IMG/VR virus record: IMGVR_UViG_3300029984_000001
Span: 186,001-250,000 of that record
DNA length: 64,000 nt
Reading direction: 5' to 3' (one strand)
Position numbers and translations under genes: made by a program. The stretch's first letter is position 1, and each line of letters starts with the position of its first letter. Shown piece by piece: positions 8,706-19,019 of this stretch. The notes beneath the pieces were generated by a model. The model saw only the letters and a list, made by a program, of their open reading frames with translations, ran no database searches and was not told the origin of the DNA.

Positions 8706-10829
8706 ATGAGGGAGCGATTACATATGAATATTAATGTAAATGAATTAGGAACTAATAAGGAATTTATCACAGAGGTAAGAGAGATATTAAATGGAAAAGG
8801 TCTTATAGTAGATTATAAAATTACGACTAAAATTATTAACACTTTTTTCGAAGTATTAGATTTAAAAAATAAATATATAAAAGATAAAGAAGTTTTAGGA
8901 TTAAACGTGAAAGAATATGGAGGGATATTAGCTGAAAGAGATGGTATACTTTTGGATAATCATACGATTATTACTATGATACTACCAGCAATATCATCTG
9001 TGATGAATAAATATGAAGAAGAAAAAATAAAAGAAAAAGAAGATGAATTAAAGGAGAAAAAATTTATGAAAGACTATTTAAAGAACAATGATAAGCTTTT
9101 AAAATCTGTTTACAAAGATACATGTATATCAAGTTCAATATATAGTAGTAATGTTCTTGGAAGTATTCTTAATATAATAATAGATGTTTTTGATGATGAA
9201 AAATTTAAAGAAAACCCTTTTGAATATGCATCTGAAAAATTAATAAGATATAATATAAAAGTTGTAGATGATAAACAATTTGAATTTGTTATAAGAGTAA
9301 TGATTGATAATATAAATGTATTTATAAAGAACAAAGAATATATTACAAAATTAGAAGAAGATTTGACTGAAGAAGAATTAGAATTTATTAATCGTAACCC
9401 TGATATAAATAGGGAGTTATATTTATTAGATAAAAAAGGTTCTAAATTAATACCAAAAATAATAGGAGGAAATACTACAAAAGAAGAATTCGAGGAATTC
9501 AATAAGATATCAAATTCTATTTTAGATAAATTCGATCTTATTCCATACTATAAATCATTTGCAAGAATCCTATCTCTTCATAAGATGGAAGAAAATAAAT
9601 TGCCAAATATTATAATTGATGATATGAGAGAGATGTTAAATAGTGTTAAACATTTAGAACCAATAAAAACAAATATAAAAGATATTCCAACTTATAGAGG
9701 AGGGTTTGGTTTACGAAGAAAAGTAGAACCTAAAGATAGATATACTAATTGTAAATTAAGTTCTAAAGAAATGAAAGAAATGTTTAGTATAAGAGATGTT
9801 GTTAAAGAAAATATGGCTAAAAATGATGAAATGAAAAAAGAAATAGAAGATTTTATTAGTAAAATGGATACATATAAATTAATGGAATTTAGAAAAATAA
9901 GTAAAAAGGAATTAAATAAAAGATATAGTAAGGATAAAGAAATCTTTAAAAACTTAAATAATTTAGATATCAAACTACCATATAATACTATAAATCCAAT
10001 TAATACTACTATGCGTGAAGATTTTAGAAGAAAAAGGGAACAATTAATGAAAGATTTTCATAAAGATACTAATGAAATTTGTAATCTTATTAAAGACTTT
10101 GAAGCTTCATCTATAGATAGAAAAAACTCTTTCTTAGATTCATTATTTAATCCAAAAGATGATAAAATTAAATGTACAGAATCATGTAATTCTTCAACAA
10201 CAGCTAAAGAACAAATTAAAGAGAAGAATATTATGATAGGAGACCAAGTTCAATTTGTTACTAAAGATGAAAAATTTTATTATAAATGTATAGTGAATAA
10301 TCTTAGTGAAAGAAATATAGAATTTTGTTGTTTAAATGGAAATGATACCTCATATCAACATCCTATATTTAATCTTGATGATATTTTAATAATATCTAAA
10401 GTTCCTAGATTTCAAAAAAATTTTTCAACTAGACCTATTAATTTAGATATACCTGAATATTTCATAAAAAGAATAAATGATTTACAATCAGGTAAATATG
10501 AAAATTCATTTCTTGAAAGATATACATGTAAATGTGGAAAAATAACAGGAAAAATGAAAGAGAATATTACTTGCGGATTATGTAGTACTAAAGTAAAATA
10601 TGTAGATGATACATCTATATATACAACACTTAATATTAAAGGAATTAATATAGGAGATAAAATTAAGATTTTTACTGAATTAAAAGTTTATGATAATTGT
10701 ACTCTTGAAGGAGTATTTGTTGATGATGATGTAATTGTAGTAACAGATAATACTTTACCAAATACTTGTTATTATGGAACTATGCAAATAGGTATTAAAG
10801 GAATCAAAAATTTAATAAAATTAAGTTAA
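8706..10829 (+). CDS. Large early mosaic protein with coiled coils, Sm-like domains and an RNAP beta'-type zinc ribbon
   Basis: 707 aa; ERYTCKCGKITGKMKENITCGLCSTKVKYVDD near the C-terminus. Confidence 0.7.
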   Translation: MRERLHMNINVNELGTNKEFITEVREILNGKGLIVDYKITTKIINTFFEVLDLKNKYIKDKEVLGLNVKEYGGILAERDGILLDNHTIITMILPAISSVMNKYEEEKIKEKEDELKEKKFMKDYLKNNDKLLKSVYKDTCISSSIYSSNVLGSILNIIIDVFDDEKFKENPFEYASEKLIRYNIKVVDDKQFEFVIRVMIDNINVFIKNKEYITKLEEDLTEEELEFINRNPDINRELYLLDKKGSKLIPKIIGGNTTKEEFEEFNKISNSILDKFDLIPYYKSFARILSLHKMEENKLPNIIIDDMREMLNSVKHLEPIKTNIKDIPTYRGGFGLRRKVEPKDRYTNCKLSSKEMKEMFSIRDVVKENMAKNDEMKKEIEDFISKMDTYKLMEFRKISKKELNKRYSKDKEIFKNLNNLDIKLPYNTINPINTTMREDFRRKREQLMKDFHKDTNEICNLIKDFEASSIDRKNSFLDSLFNPKDDKIKCTESCNSSTTAKEQIKEKNIMIGDQVQFVTKDEKFYYKCIVNNLSERNIEFCCLNGNDTSYQHPIFNLDDILIISKVPRFQKNFSTRPINLDIPEYFIKRINDLQSGKYENSFLERYTCKCGKITGKMKENITCGLCSTKVKYVDDTSIYTTLNIKGINIGDKIKIFTELKVYDNCTLEGVFVDDDVIVVTDNTLPNTCYYGTMQIGIKGIKNLIKLS

Positions 10830-10834
10830 ACTTT

Positions 10835-10866
10835 AAAGGGTGATTTGTTTCACCCTTTATTTTTTA
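10835..10866 (+). terminator. Rho-independent terminator
   Basis: AAAGGGTGA...TCACCCTTT followed by a T-run. Confidence 0.75.
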
Positions 10867-10906
10867 TTCTTACAACATCTAAAACTTATTATTGAGGTGA
10901 TTAGAA

Positions 10907-12517
10907 GTGATTAAGATTGTTGTGGAACATAGTAAAATTATTATAAATGATTACGATTTAGGTGATTGTGAATCTTTAGAGAATTTCTTTAGTATATTTG
11001 ATCCTAGTACACACACAAGATTTCCATTTGGAATGTATTATAAACAAGAAGAAAGACAATTAGTTATACCAAGAGGAGTAGATATTTCTTATATAAAGAA
11101 TAAATTTAATTGTATACCACAATTAAATAAAAGACACGATCCTATGGACAAGATAGAACCAATAAAATTAAGACACCCACCAAGAGATAATAATCAAAGA
11201 GAAACATTAAGATTTATGTTAGGAAAAAGTGAATATTATTATACAACAACAAAATCTATGTTAGCAGTAAATTTAGCTCCAGGAGTTGGAAAAACATATT
11301 GTTCTATAGCAACTTCAGCTTTCATTGGATATAGAAGTATAATGTTAACCTCATCATTATCATGGATAGAACAATGGAAACAAGAAATATTAAAATATAC
11401 AGATATTAAACCTAGAGAGATATTCATTATTGCAGGCACTCCATCTATTCATTCTATATTAAAACAAGGTGTACATAAATTTAAATTCATATTAGCTAGT
11501 ATGGATACAATTATATCATATGGTCAAAAATACGGGTTTGATAAAATATCTGAACTATTTGTAAAATTAAGAGTAGGAATTAAATATATAGATGAAGCTC
11601 ATTTAAATTTTAAAGCCATGATGTTGATAGATTTCTATACAAATACATATAAGAATTATTATTTAACAGGTTCCCCTTGTCGTTCTAGTGAAGACCAAGA
11701 TAGAATATATAAGATATATTTTAAAAATGTCCCTTCTATAGATTTATTTGATGAGACTAAAGATCCTCATACTGATTATTTAGGTATGAGATACAATTCT
11801 CATCCGACTGCGGCTGATATATCTTATTGTAAGAATAAATATGGATTAGATAGAAATAAATATACAGGGGATTATATTATAAGACGTCCTAATTTTTATA
11901 ATATCTTAAGAGTAATAATAGATAGAACTCTTGCTAAGAATGGTAAGATTTTATTTTATATAGGAGTAAATCGTTCAATAGAAGTAGTAAAAGCATGGAT
12001 GGAAATGTATTATCCTTTTTTAATTGGACATATAGGAATATACACAAGCACTACTTCAAAGGATATCAAAAGATCACAATTAGATAAAAAATATATACTA
12101 TCTACAACTAAATCTTGTGGAGCTGCTATGGATATAAAAGGTCTAGCTACTACTGTTATACTGGCTGAACCATTCAAATCGGAACCCTTAGCAATACAAA
12201 CTTTGGGTAGAACAAGAGATGACGATACTGAGTGTATAGAGGCTGTTGATGAAGGATTTAACGCCATAATGAGATTTTACTACCAAAAGCAACCTATTAT
12301 GAAAAAATATGCTTTGTCAGTAAATGATGTTAGATATAAAGATGAAACTCTAGAAGATAAGATAAATGAAATATTTGATAGATATTATGGTGATGGTGAA
12401 TTCCCTGTAATCTATATAGATAACAAAAAGATATTTATGCTAAGACAAGAATTAAGACCTATAAATGAATATGATTCTAAAGGAAGAAAAGTATTTATGA
12501 AAAGAGATAAATTTTAG
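10907..12517 (+). CDS. SF2 (DEAD/DEAH-like) helicase
   Basis: LAPGVGKT (Walker A), YIDEAH (Walker B), LTGSP and QTLGRTR motifs; GTG start after GAGGTG. Confidence 0.92.
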   Translation: MIKIVVEHSKIIINDYDLGDCESLENFFSIFDPSTHTRFPFGMYYKQEERQLVIPRGVDISYIKNKFNCIPQLNKRHDPMDKIEPIKLRHPPRDNNQRETLRFMLGKSEYYYTTTKSMLAVNLAPGVGKTYCSIATSAFIGYRSIMLTSSLSWIEQWKQEILKYTDIKPREIFIIAGTPSIHSILKQGVHKFKFILASMDTIISYGQKYGFDKISELFVKLRVGIKYIDEAHLNFKAMMLIDFYTNTYKNYYLTGSPCRSSEDQDRIYKIYFKNVPSIDLFDETKDPHTDYLGMRYNSHPTAADISYCKNKYGLDRNKYTGDYIIRRPNFYNILRVIIDRTLAKNGKILFYIGVNRSIEVVKAWMEMYYPFLIGHIGIYTSTTSKDIKRSQLDKKYILSTTKSCGAAMDIKGLATTVILAEPFKSEPLAIQTLGRTRDDDTECIEAVDEGFNAIMRFYYQKQPIMKKYALSVNDVRYKDETLEDKINEIFDRYYGDGEFPVIYIDNKKIFMLRQELRPINEYDSKGRKVFMKRDKF

Positions 12518-12545
12518 AAGGAGAATTATTCTCCTTCTGTTTTAT
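12516..12545 (+). terminator. Rho-independent terminator
   Basis: AGAAGGAG...CTCCTTCT followed by GTTTT. Confidence 0.65.
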
Positions 12546-12624
12546 GTAAAAGTCATATATTATAATTGTATATTATATACTTGAATAAATATAATAATAT
12601 TTAAATTTAAAGGAGTGTATTAAT

Positions 12625-13971
12625 ATGGAAATACTAATAAACGAAAAAGACTTAATAAACGTTGATACTAAATTTGAAATTGTAAGAAAGACTAGATCAG
12701 TTATAGTAAACAGAGGAAAAGAAAATTATAATAAAGATATGAATAATTTTCAAGATTTATTAGATTTAAAATTAGGAAAGATTCAATCCGAATTAAATCA
12801 TGCTAAAGAAATCAAAGAAGGGTTCTCTATTATTATGCAAGCAATGTATCACAATAGAATGAATATAGGATATCAAATTATATTAGCATCTAACATGGAA
12901 AAACTATTTGCTGATTACTTAGCTTGGATTAAATCATTAGAACCATCAGATAAATTCTATGATACTATGGTTAAAGGATTAAATGAATTTACTAATGGTT
13001 TATCATCTGATGGAAAGAAATTAGAAGATTATTTTGATTTATCTAAAACTGTTAAAGTTAAAGAACAAAAATCTATTAAAGGTCAAATAGATATGGAAGT
13101 TCCTAAAGAAGAAAAAGAAGTTAAAATGGAGAATAATGTAATTGATATTAATTTTGAAAATAATAAACCAATAGATGTTGAAGTTAATAAAAAAGATATC
13201 GAAGAAGAAATTACTAAAGAACAAATTAAAGAATTTGTAATTGATACTAAATCTAAATTTAATAGTTTATCTGAAGATTTATTAAATAAATACAATTCAT
13301 TAAAATTAAAGCAATGGCAAATGGTTGCTGTCATGGGAAATGCTTTTAAGATGATTAATAATACTAAATCATCATTATATACAACATTAAATGAATTAAT
13401 AGGATTATTACTTGAAGGGTTAGAAACTAAAAAAGACTTAGTTTATGATTCTTTAATTGCATTAGTTAATGAAGATTTAGAATTAGTTGATTTTGTTGTG
13501 GGTTTACAAACACAATTTGATAAATCTGAATATCTAATTATGACTGGTAATTTAATAAAGAATTTTGATAAAATTAAATCAACTATAGCTACACAAATAC
13601 CAGTTTTATTAGAAGAATTATTAGCTGATATAGTTGATGAAGATAAGAAGATAGAAATATATCTAATACTTTCAGGTATATTTGAAAGTGATTTGTTTGC
13701 TAAAGATAATATCTTAAAATTGATATCAGAAGATGTTCAAAAATCTTCAGATAATCCAGAAGCAGATTTACAAATACTTAAACAAATAACAGAAGAAAAA
13801 GAAGTAGCTCAATCTATTGATGTTTCTAATAGTATTGTAAATCAACAAATAGAATTACCTTTAACATTCCAAACACTCACAGAATCGAGTGTTGATAATG
13901 ATACTGAGGGTGAGAGTGGTTATGTTGTAGGTGGAAATATTCCTATTATAATACAAGAAGAAACTAAATAA
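12625..13971 (+). CDS. Hypothetical early protein (acidic, helical)
   Basis: 448 aa; early motif at 12566-12578; RBS AAGGAG. Confidence 0.75.
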   Translation: MEILINEKDLINVDTKFEIVRKTRSVIVNRGKENYNKDMNNFQDLLDLKLGKIQSELNHAKEIKEGFSIIMQAMYHNRMNIGYQIILASNMEKLFADYLAWIKSLEPSDKFYDTMVKGLNEFTNGLSSDGKKLEDYFDLSKTVKVKEQKSIKGQIDMEVPKEEKEVKMENNVIDINFENNKPIDVEVNKKDIEEEITKEQIKEFVIDTKSKFNSLSEDLLNKYNSLKLKQWQMVAVMGNAFKMINNTKSSLYTTLNELIGLLLEGLETKKDLVYDSLIALVNEDLELVDFVVGLQTQFDKSEYLIMTGNLIKNFDKIKSTIATQIPVLLEELLADIVDEDKKIEIYLILSGIFESDLFAKDNILKLISEDVQKSSDNPEADLQILKQITEEKEVAQSIDVSNSIVNQQIELPLTFQTLTESSVDNDTEGESGYVVGGNIPIIIQEETK

Positions 13972-13974
13972 AAT

Positions 13975-14010
13975 AAAGGGAACAATTGTTCCCTTTTCTT
14001 TTTTATTTTT
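13975..14010 (+). terminator. Rho-independent terminator
   Basis: AAAGGGAACAA/TTGTTCCCTTT plus T-run. Confidence 0.75.
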
Positions 14011-14056
14011 TATATAGAGTTTAACCTTTAAGTATATAAGAGAGGTGTTAATATAG

Positions 14057-14794
14057 ATGAATTATATGGACTATGAAAAAATTTCAGATAGAGTAATGGA
14101 TTTGGGATATAATACTGTTTTAAAAATGAATGTTACTTTAGCAAAGAAAAATAAGGGTGGATATAGAAATCATTACTATAAAGAATATTCTTATAAAACT
14201 AATAAGTATATAGATAAAAGTACATTATGTAATATAAGTAGAAACTTCGATTATTTTTTATCTATTGAAAGATATAGCGAAGAAAAAGATTTCTTAATGA
14301 TAAGAGATGAAAATATGTTGGGATTAAGATTTGCATTAAAATCTTTGATGGATAATTGGTTTATAGAAAAACAAATATTTGCATCAAAGGATAATAGATT
14401 AATCATTATGCAAGGGTGGGAACCAATAGTAGCTATTATTTCAATGAATAAAAATTTAGTATTCACTCCAATAATAATACATAATGTAGATGATACATAC
14501 AGTCCAGCTGTTAGAATGTCTTATGGTTCAGATTATAGTTATACAGATATATCTTATACAAGACTTAATGCCTTTGTATATAATATAAATTCAATGTATT
14601 TATTCCAATTAGCACAAAATATGCTGAACTTTTTTCAACGTCCAGAATTAGGAACAAATTTAACATCTTATAATTATAATTCAGAGAGAGAAAATATGGA
14701 AGATGTTTCAGATGGAGGAGTTTCAGTTAAGGGAGGAAGTGATTTAGTATTGAAAAGAAAAAGAGATATATTTGATACTATAGACCAAATGTAA
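14057..14794 (+). CDS. Hypothetical protein
   Basis: 245 aa; AACC-N6-TA at 14023-14034; RBS GAGGTG. Confidence 0.75.
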   Translation: MNYMDYEKISDRVMDLGYNTVLKMNVTLAKKNKGGYRNHYYKEYSYKTNKYIDKSTLCNISRNFDYFLSIERYSEEKDFLMIRDENMLGLRFALKSLMDNWFIEKQIFASKDNRLIIMQGWEPIVAIISMNKNLVFTPIIIHNVDDTYSPAVRMSYGSDYSYTDISYTRLNAFVYNINSMYLFQLAQNMLNFFQRPELGTNLTSYNYNSERENMEDVSDGGVSVKGGSDLVLKRKRDIFDTIDQM

Positions 14795-14825
14795 ACAAAT
14801 AAATTGTGAGAGAGGGTTATTGTTT

Positions 14826-15146
14826 ATGGAAATAGTAAAATTTACACAAAAAGATTTAAGAGAATTCTTGTCGAGTTTAAAATTGGAAAAATTAACCACT
14901 GATTTTATAATAAAAGGGGTTAAATATTGTATAGATAAAAAGATATTACATATAGATATAGTTACAACACATATTTACAATTATTTATTTGATATTACTG
15001 GAACTGAACCTAAGATTGTAAAAAGAGATATATACAAGGCAGTAAAAGGTGTAACAGCTGAAGATAAGATCATTAAGTTTGGTTATGAAGGTAATCTTAC
15101 TAATAGAAAACTATTCATAATATTATTAGAAAGATACGGATATTAA
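14826..15146 (+). CDS. Spo0A C-terminal effector-domain-like protein
   Basis: IVTTHIYNYLFDITGTEPKIVKRDIYKAVK...KFGY...LTNRKLF aligns by eye with Spo0A [29 protein letters not shown]...LFGY...PTNSEFI; no receiver domain. Confidence 0.6.
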   Translation: MEIVKFTQKDLREFLSSLKLEKLTTDFIIKGVKYCIDKKILHIDIVTTHIYNYLFDITGTEPKIVKRDIYKAVKGVTAEDKIIKFGYEGNLTNRKLFIILLERYGY

Positions 15147-15156
15147 TACATAAAAT

Positions 15157-15187
15157 ATACAGAGTGGTACAAGCCACTCTGTATTTT
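15157..15187. terminator. Bidirectional terminator between convergent genes
   Basis: ATACAGAGTGG...CCACTCTGTAT flanked by A and T runs. Confidence 0.75.
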
Positions 15188-15190
15188 ACG

Positions 15191-15994
15191 TCAATTCATT
15201 GTATACATAATTGGTTGGTTATAGTTATCAGCTCCAACAAAAGAATCTTTAAATTCTTGAATTAAATCTGGTCTTCTTTGAGCAACAGTTTGTAAATCAT
15301 CTATTCTAAGATTTGTATTCACAAATACTGTTTCTAAACCATCAAAATATTTTAAATAGTTGTATAAAAAAGTAGCTATATCAACTATAGCAAACTCTTC
15401 AAAACTTTCCATTTTAGTTGGCTCTATTGTCAATAAATTATCTGAATGTTTTATCATTAAATTAACCTTAAATGTTTTTATATTTGTTTTATTCATATAT
15501 TCTCCAGATACAGTTTGTAATTTAATCTTATTAGGTGGTTTGAAATCGATATATATTCCACTACTAAATAAAGATTGTCTATCAGCAGAACCTTGAATAG
15601 CTGCAATTTGATCAAAAGAATAATTTAAATTATTATTAAAAAATCCATAAGGAGATGATCCTACATCATACCATCCTGGATTTTCTACACCAAATGCATA
15701 AGGATCATCCCAAGGGATATCTTGTACACCAAGTATTTCTATATTACCTGGAACTATATTCTCATCTATAAGATAAAAACCTTCTCTATCTTGGCTCATT
15801 CTAGAAGTATCAAAAGTATAAGGGATTCTATTACCAAAGAATCTTGAAAATGATCTTAACGTATAATTACTTATCCATTCCCCCCATTTATTTTTTGCTA
15901 TTTCTTCTGGTAAATTCAAGGGTTCAGTTCCTAATCTTAACTCTATTAAATTAATAAGATTAGTCATATTATTTGACATTGCCATAAGTATCAC
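15191..15994 (-). CDS. Putative virion structural protein (neck/head-completion-like)
   Basis: 267 aa, co-oriented directly downstream of the prohead protease. Confidence 0.5.
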   Translation of the reverse strand: MILMAMSNNMTNLINLIELRLGTEPLNLPEEIAKNKWGEWISNYTLRSFSRFFGNRIPYTFDTSRMSQDREGFYLIDENIVPGNIEILGVQDIPWDDPYAFGVENPGWYDVGSSPYGFFNNNLNYSFDQIAAIQGSADRQSLFSSGIYIDFKPPNKIKLQTVSGEYMNKTNIKTFKVNLMIKHSDNLLTIEPTKMESFEEFAIVDIATFLYNYLKYFDGLETVFVNTNLRIDDLQTVAQRRPDLIQEFKDSFVGADNYNQPIMYTMN

Positions 15995-15999
15995 CTCTT

Positions 16000-16869
16000 C
16001 TACCCTAAATATATTTTTTCAGAATAATTCATTAATTGATTTTGAATGTGTTGTTCAATATTTACTATGAATGTATCTCCATCTTTACTACAAACTTGTA
16101 TTTGTCTGCCACCTTCTAACATTGTATAAGAATTATTTAATAAATCAAATGATTCTTTGAAGAAATAAAGATTAGCAGATTCTTGTTTTATATATTCTAT
16201 TATTTGATTATTTGTAACTGGAATTAATATACCAGCATCATTTTCTTGTACTACAAATTTATTTCCAATATTCTCTTTACCATGAGCCAATAAAGCATTT
16301 TCTGTTACACCAACAATAGAGGTGGTATAGGCTCTCTTATGTGAAGGGTATATAACTCTATCCCAAGTAATAATAGTTATATTTTCTACTTCAGCCCCTC
16401 TTGAAGTTTGATTGACAGTACCTAATGCTCTTAACGAAAAAGATGGTTTATCTCCATCCATTAAATCTAAATTAAATGCTTCACCGTAAGAATTATTCGA
16501 ACCTTTTATATGAGCTTTGATATCATTACCGTCCACCCAAAACTTAACTATTTTATTACATCTTAAAGATGGTTCTATAATTTGCTGTCTAGAAATTTCT
16601 TTAGACATTGGATGACCTTCTTCTCCATATAAGTTTCCAGTTGCTACTAATTCAGTCAATCTATCAGCTTTTAAAGCTGGTTTCATTTCCTTATCTGAAT
16701 AGAATCTTTTGTTTCTATTTTGTATATTCATATCTTGTAATATAACTTCAGCAGTTACTCTTCTACCATCATTATCAACTATCTTCATTTCTGTCTCATG
16801 CATACATGTAGCAGTTTCTATAATAACATACCCTATTTTCTTATCATAATTATTATAAGTCATACCCAT
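16000..16869 (-). CDS. Prohead (maturation) protease, T4 gp21/phiKZ gp175-like
   Basis: NRNKRFYS, LYGEEGHP, SFSLRALG and TWDRVIYPSH motifs. Confidence 0.9.
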   Translation of the reverse strand: MGMTYNNYDKKIGYVIIETATCMHETEMKIVDNDGRRVTAEVILQDMNIQNRNKRFYSDKEMKPALKADRLTELVATGNLYGEEGHPMSKEISRQQIIEPSLRCNKIVKFWVDGNDIKAHIKGSNNSYGEAFNLDLMDGDKPSFSLRALGTVNQTSRGAEVENITIITWDRVIYPSHKRAYTTSIVGVTENALLAHGKENIGNKFVVQENDAGILIPVTNNQIIEYIKQESANLYFFKESFDLLNNSYTMLEGGRQIQVCSKDGDTFIVNIEQHIQNQLMNYSEKIYLG

Positions 16870-16981
16870 AAATAATAATCCTCCTTTATATATTCTTATT
16901 ATTATAGTTCAATATCTAAAATCGTTAGGTATCTATATAGGGAACTATATAATAATATAAACTTTGAAAGGGGATGATTTA

Positions 16982-19000
16982 ATGGCTAAATATGATGATA
17001 TACAAAGCCGAATATATAACCTAAAAACTAAATCTATTATCAATGAAGAGATGGATATGTCAATGATAAATTATAATCTATATAATAATTCTAATCTAGG
17101 AAAGACAATATCAAAAATAACAACCGATCAAATCAATTCTAATAATTTATTAGAAAGTATATGTAATATAATTATAAAGTCTCAAATTTCAATACAAGAA
17201 CAAAAAGAGATAGGAGATTCTTTAATAAGGACATTACCTAATATACAAAAAATAAAGAAGTATAAAAATTCATTTTACGAGGTTGCAAATAAAATTAATA
17301 ATCCTTTAATAAAGGATAAAGTTAATCTTCTTATAGAATGCGATCGTATAATAAATAATCAAGAAAAATTAGTAGAATATTCTAAATTCGACTTTATATT
17401 TGAAAACTATTTTTTAAATAATGATTTGGAAACAATAGTTGTTGAATCTTGTGATGTAATCGATTCTTATAAAATGAAATATGAAACTAAACTAAGTGTT
17501 GCATTAGAAAATATAATATATAATATGGATGCTTTAAAAAAAGAATATGATAAAAAAGAATTAGTTGAATTGGTATATGAATACTTCATTTCTTCTAAAG
17601 AATATAAAAAAGAGAATGTAGATAAAGTATTAAGGGAAGCTTCTATTGAATTAGATAATATTTTAATTGATTCTATACTAGAAGGAAAAAATATTAATAA
17701 AATAAAACAAAAATTTAAAGACATGAGACATGATGGTCCTATTACTAAAGAGGCTTTAGAAAAAACAATACATAAAGCTTATATAGATTCTGGTCAAAAT
17801 ATAATTGAAGACTTACCTAATCTTTTGGGTTGTGTAAGATTGGCTTTAGTATTAATAATAGCTTCATATAGTCTACCTTTAGGGATTATAGTAGGAATTG
17901 CTGATCATATAATAAGTTTAAAATTAAATAGAGTTGATATAGAAAAGAGTATAAAGTATTATAAAAGAGAAAAAACCAAAATAGAAAGTAAAAAATACTC
18001 TGTTAGTAATGCTGCAACTGTTAAAAAGTATGATCAATTAGATAAAGAGTATGATAATAGTATAGAAAAACTAGAGATATATAGAGATACATTATATACA
18101 GATAAAGAAAATGAATATAGAATGATGAGTGAATCTGCTGAAAATGATCCTATTAGATTACAAGCAGAATTTATTACATTGTGCGAGACAGTAGAATCTT
18201 ATTGTAAAAATTCTGATATACAAGATAAACTATATAATTATATTTATAAAATAGATGACTCTAGGGATATAAATATATTATTTAATTCATTATCTGAATC
18301 GGCTGTTGCAAGTTCTAGTCTTTTTGATTTCGATACAATCTTTAGAAATTTACAGAATCCAAATATATCTGGGTCATTAATAAATAATATATCTAAATAT
18401 AAAAGAAAGCCTAAACTAGATGTAAATAAAGATGATGTTGATATCCTAGAAGAGATGATCTATTATAACAATATTTATGATATATTATCTGAAAATACTA
18501 TAACAGCAAAGGCTAAATTATTAGCTATAAATGCTAAGAATAAAGTTCAAAGTCTGACTGATAAAGAAAAAATGATATCAAATAGAATAGATACCACTTT
18601 TGATAAAATGAAATCTGATTTAGAGAATAAGAATACTAATCAAAATAGAGAGGCTGTAATTAAGGGTACAATACTACCTTCATTATCATCTCTACTTAAA
18701 TTAGTATTGGGTTCATATTTAGTTGCAATTGCTGTTACTCCATTATTAGGAATAATAGGATTTGTAGGGGGTATAGCGTTATCTAAATCTGCTACAGATA
18801 AAGAACGTAGAAATATATTGGAAGAAATAGATGTCCAATTGGAATTGGTTGAAAAGAAAATATCATTAGCAGAAAATTCTAATGATATGAAATCTCTAGA
18901 GCAATTATTAAGAATACAAAAAAGATTAAAACAAGAAAGACAAAGAATTGTTTATCATGGTTCTGCAAAAAATTATTATGTAGCTAAACACAAAGATTAA
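16982..19000 (+). CDS. Putative internal head protein
   Basis: Lies between protease and capsid genes; many I/L/M-x-E motifs; hydrophobic helices; AACT-N6-TA at 16943-16954. Confidence 0.6.
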   Translation: MAKYDDIQSRIYNLKTKSIINEEMDMSMINYNLYNNSNLGKTISKITTDQINSNNLLESICNIIIKSQISIQEQKEIGDSLIRTLPNIQKIKKYKNSFYEVANKINNPLIKDKVNLLIECDRIINNQEKLVEYSKFDFIFENYFLNNDLETIVVESCDVIDSYKMKYETKLSVALENIIYNMDALKKEYDKKELVELVYEYFISSKEYKKENVDKVLREASIELDNILIDSILEGKNINKIKQKFKDMRHDGPITKEALEKTIHKAYIDSGQNIIEDLPNLLGCVRLALVLIIASYSLPLGIIVGIADHIISLKLNRVDIEKSIKYYKREKTKIESKKYSVSNAATVKKYDQLDKEYDNSIEKLEIYRDTLYTDKENEYRMMSESAENDPIRLQAEFITLCETVESYCKNSDIQDKLYNYIYKIDDSRDINILFNSLSESAVASSSLFDFDTIFRNLQNPNISGSLINNISKYKRKPKLDVNKDDVDILEEMIYYNNIYDILSENTITAKAKLLAINAKNKVQSLTDKEKMISNRIDTTFDKMKSDLENKNTNQNREAVIKGTILPSLSSLLKLVLGSYLVAIAVTPLLGIIGFVGGIALSKSATDKERRNILEEIDVQLELVEKKISLAENSNDMKSLEQLLRIQKRLKQERQRIVYHGSAKNYYVAKHKD

Positions 19001-19019
19001 TGAAAGGAGATTAAAATAA

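Noticed and set aside
8724-8860. HU-like N-terminus of the 707-aa protein (NKEFITEV...IINTFFEVL)
   Set aside because: Only the helical part resembles HU; the beta-arm motifs are absent.
14285-14310. FLMIRD in the 14057 ORF and FMKD/FMES/FMEQ-type strings elsewhere as members of the FMxR tag
   Set aside because: They do not fit F-M-x-R and are internal, so they were excluded from the count.
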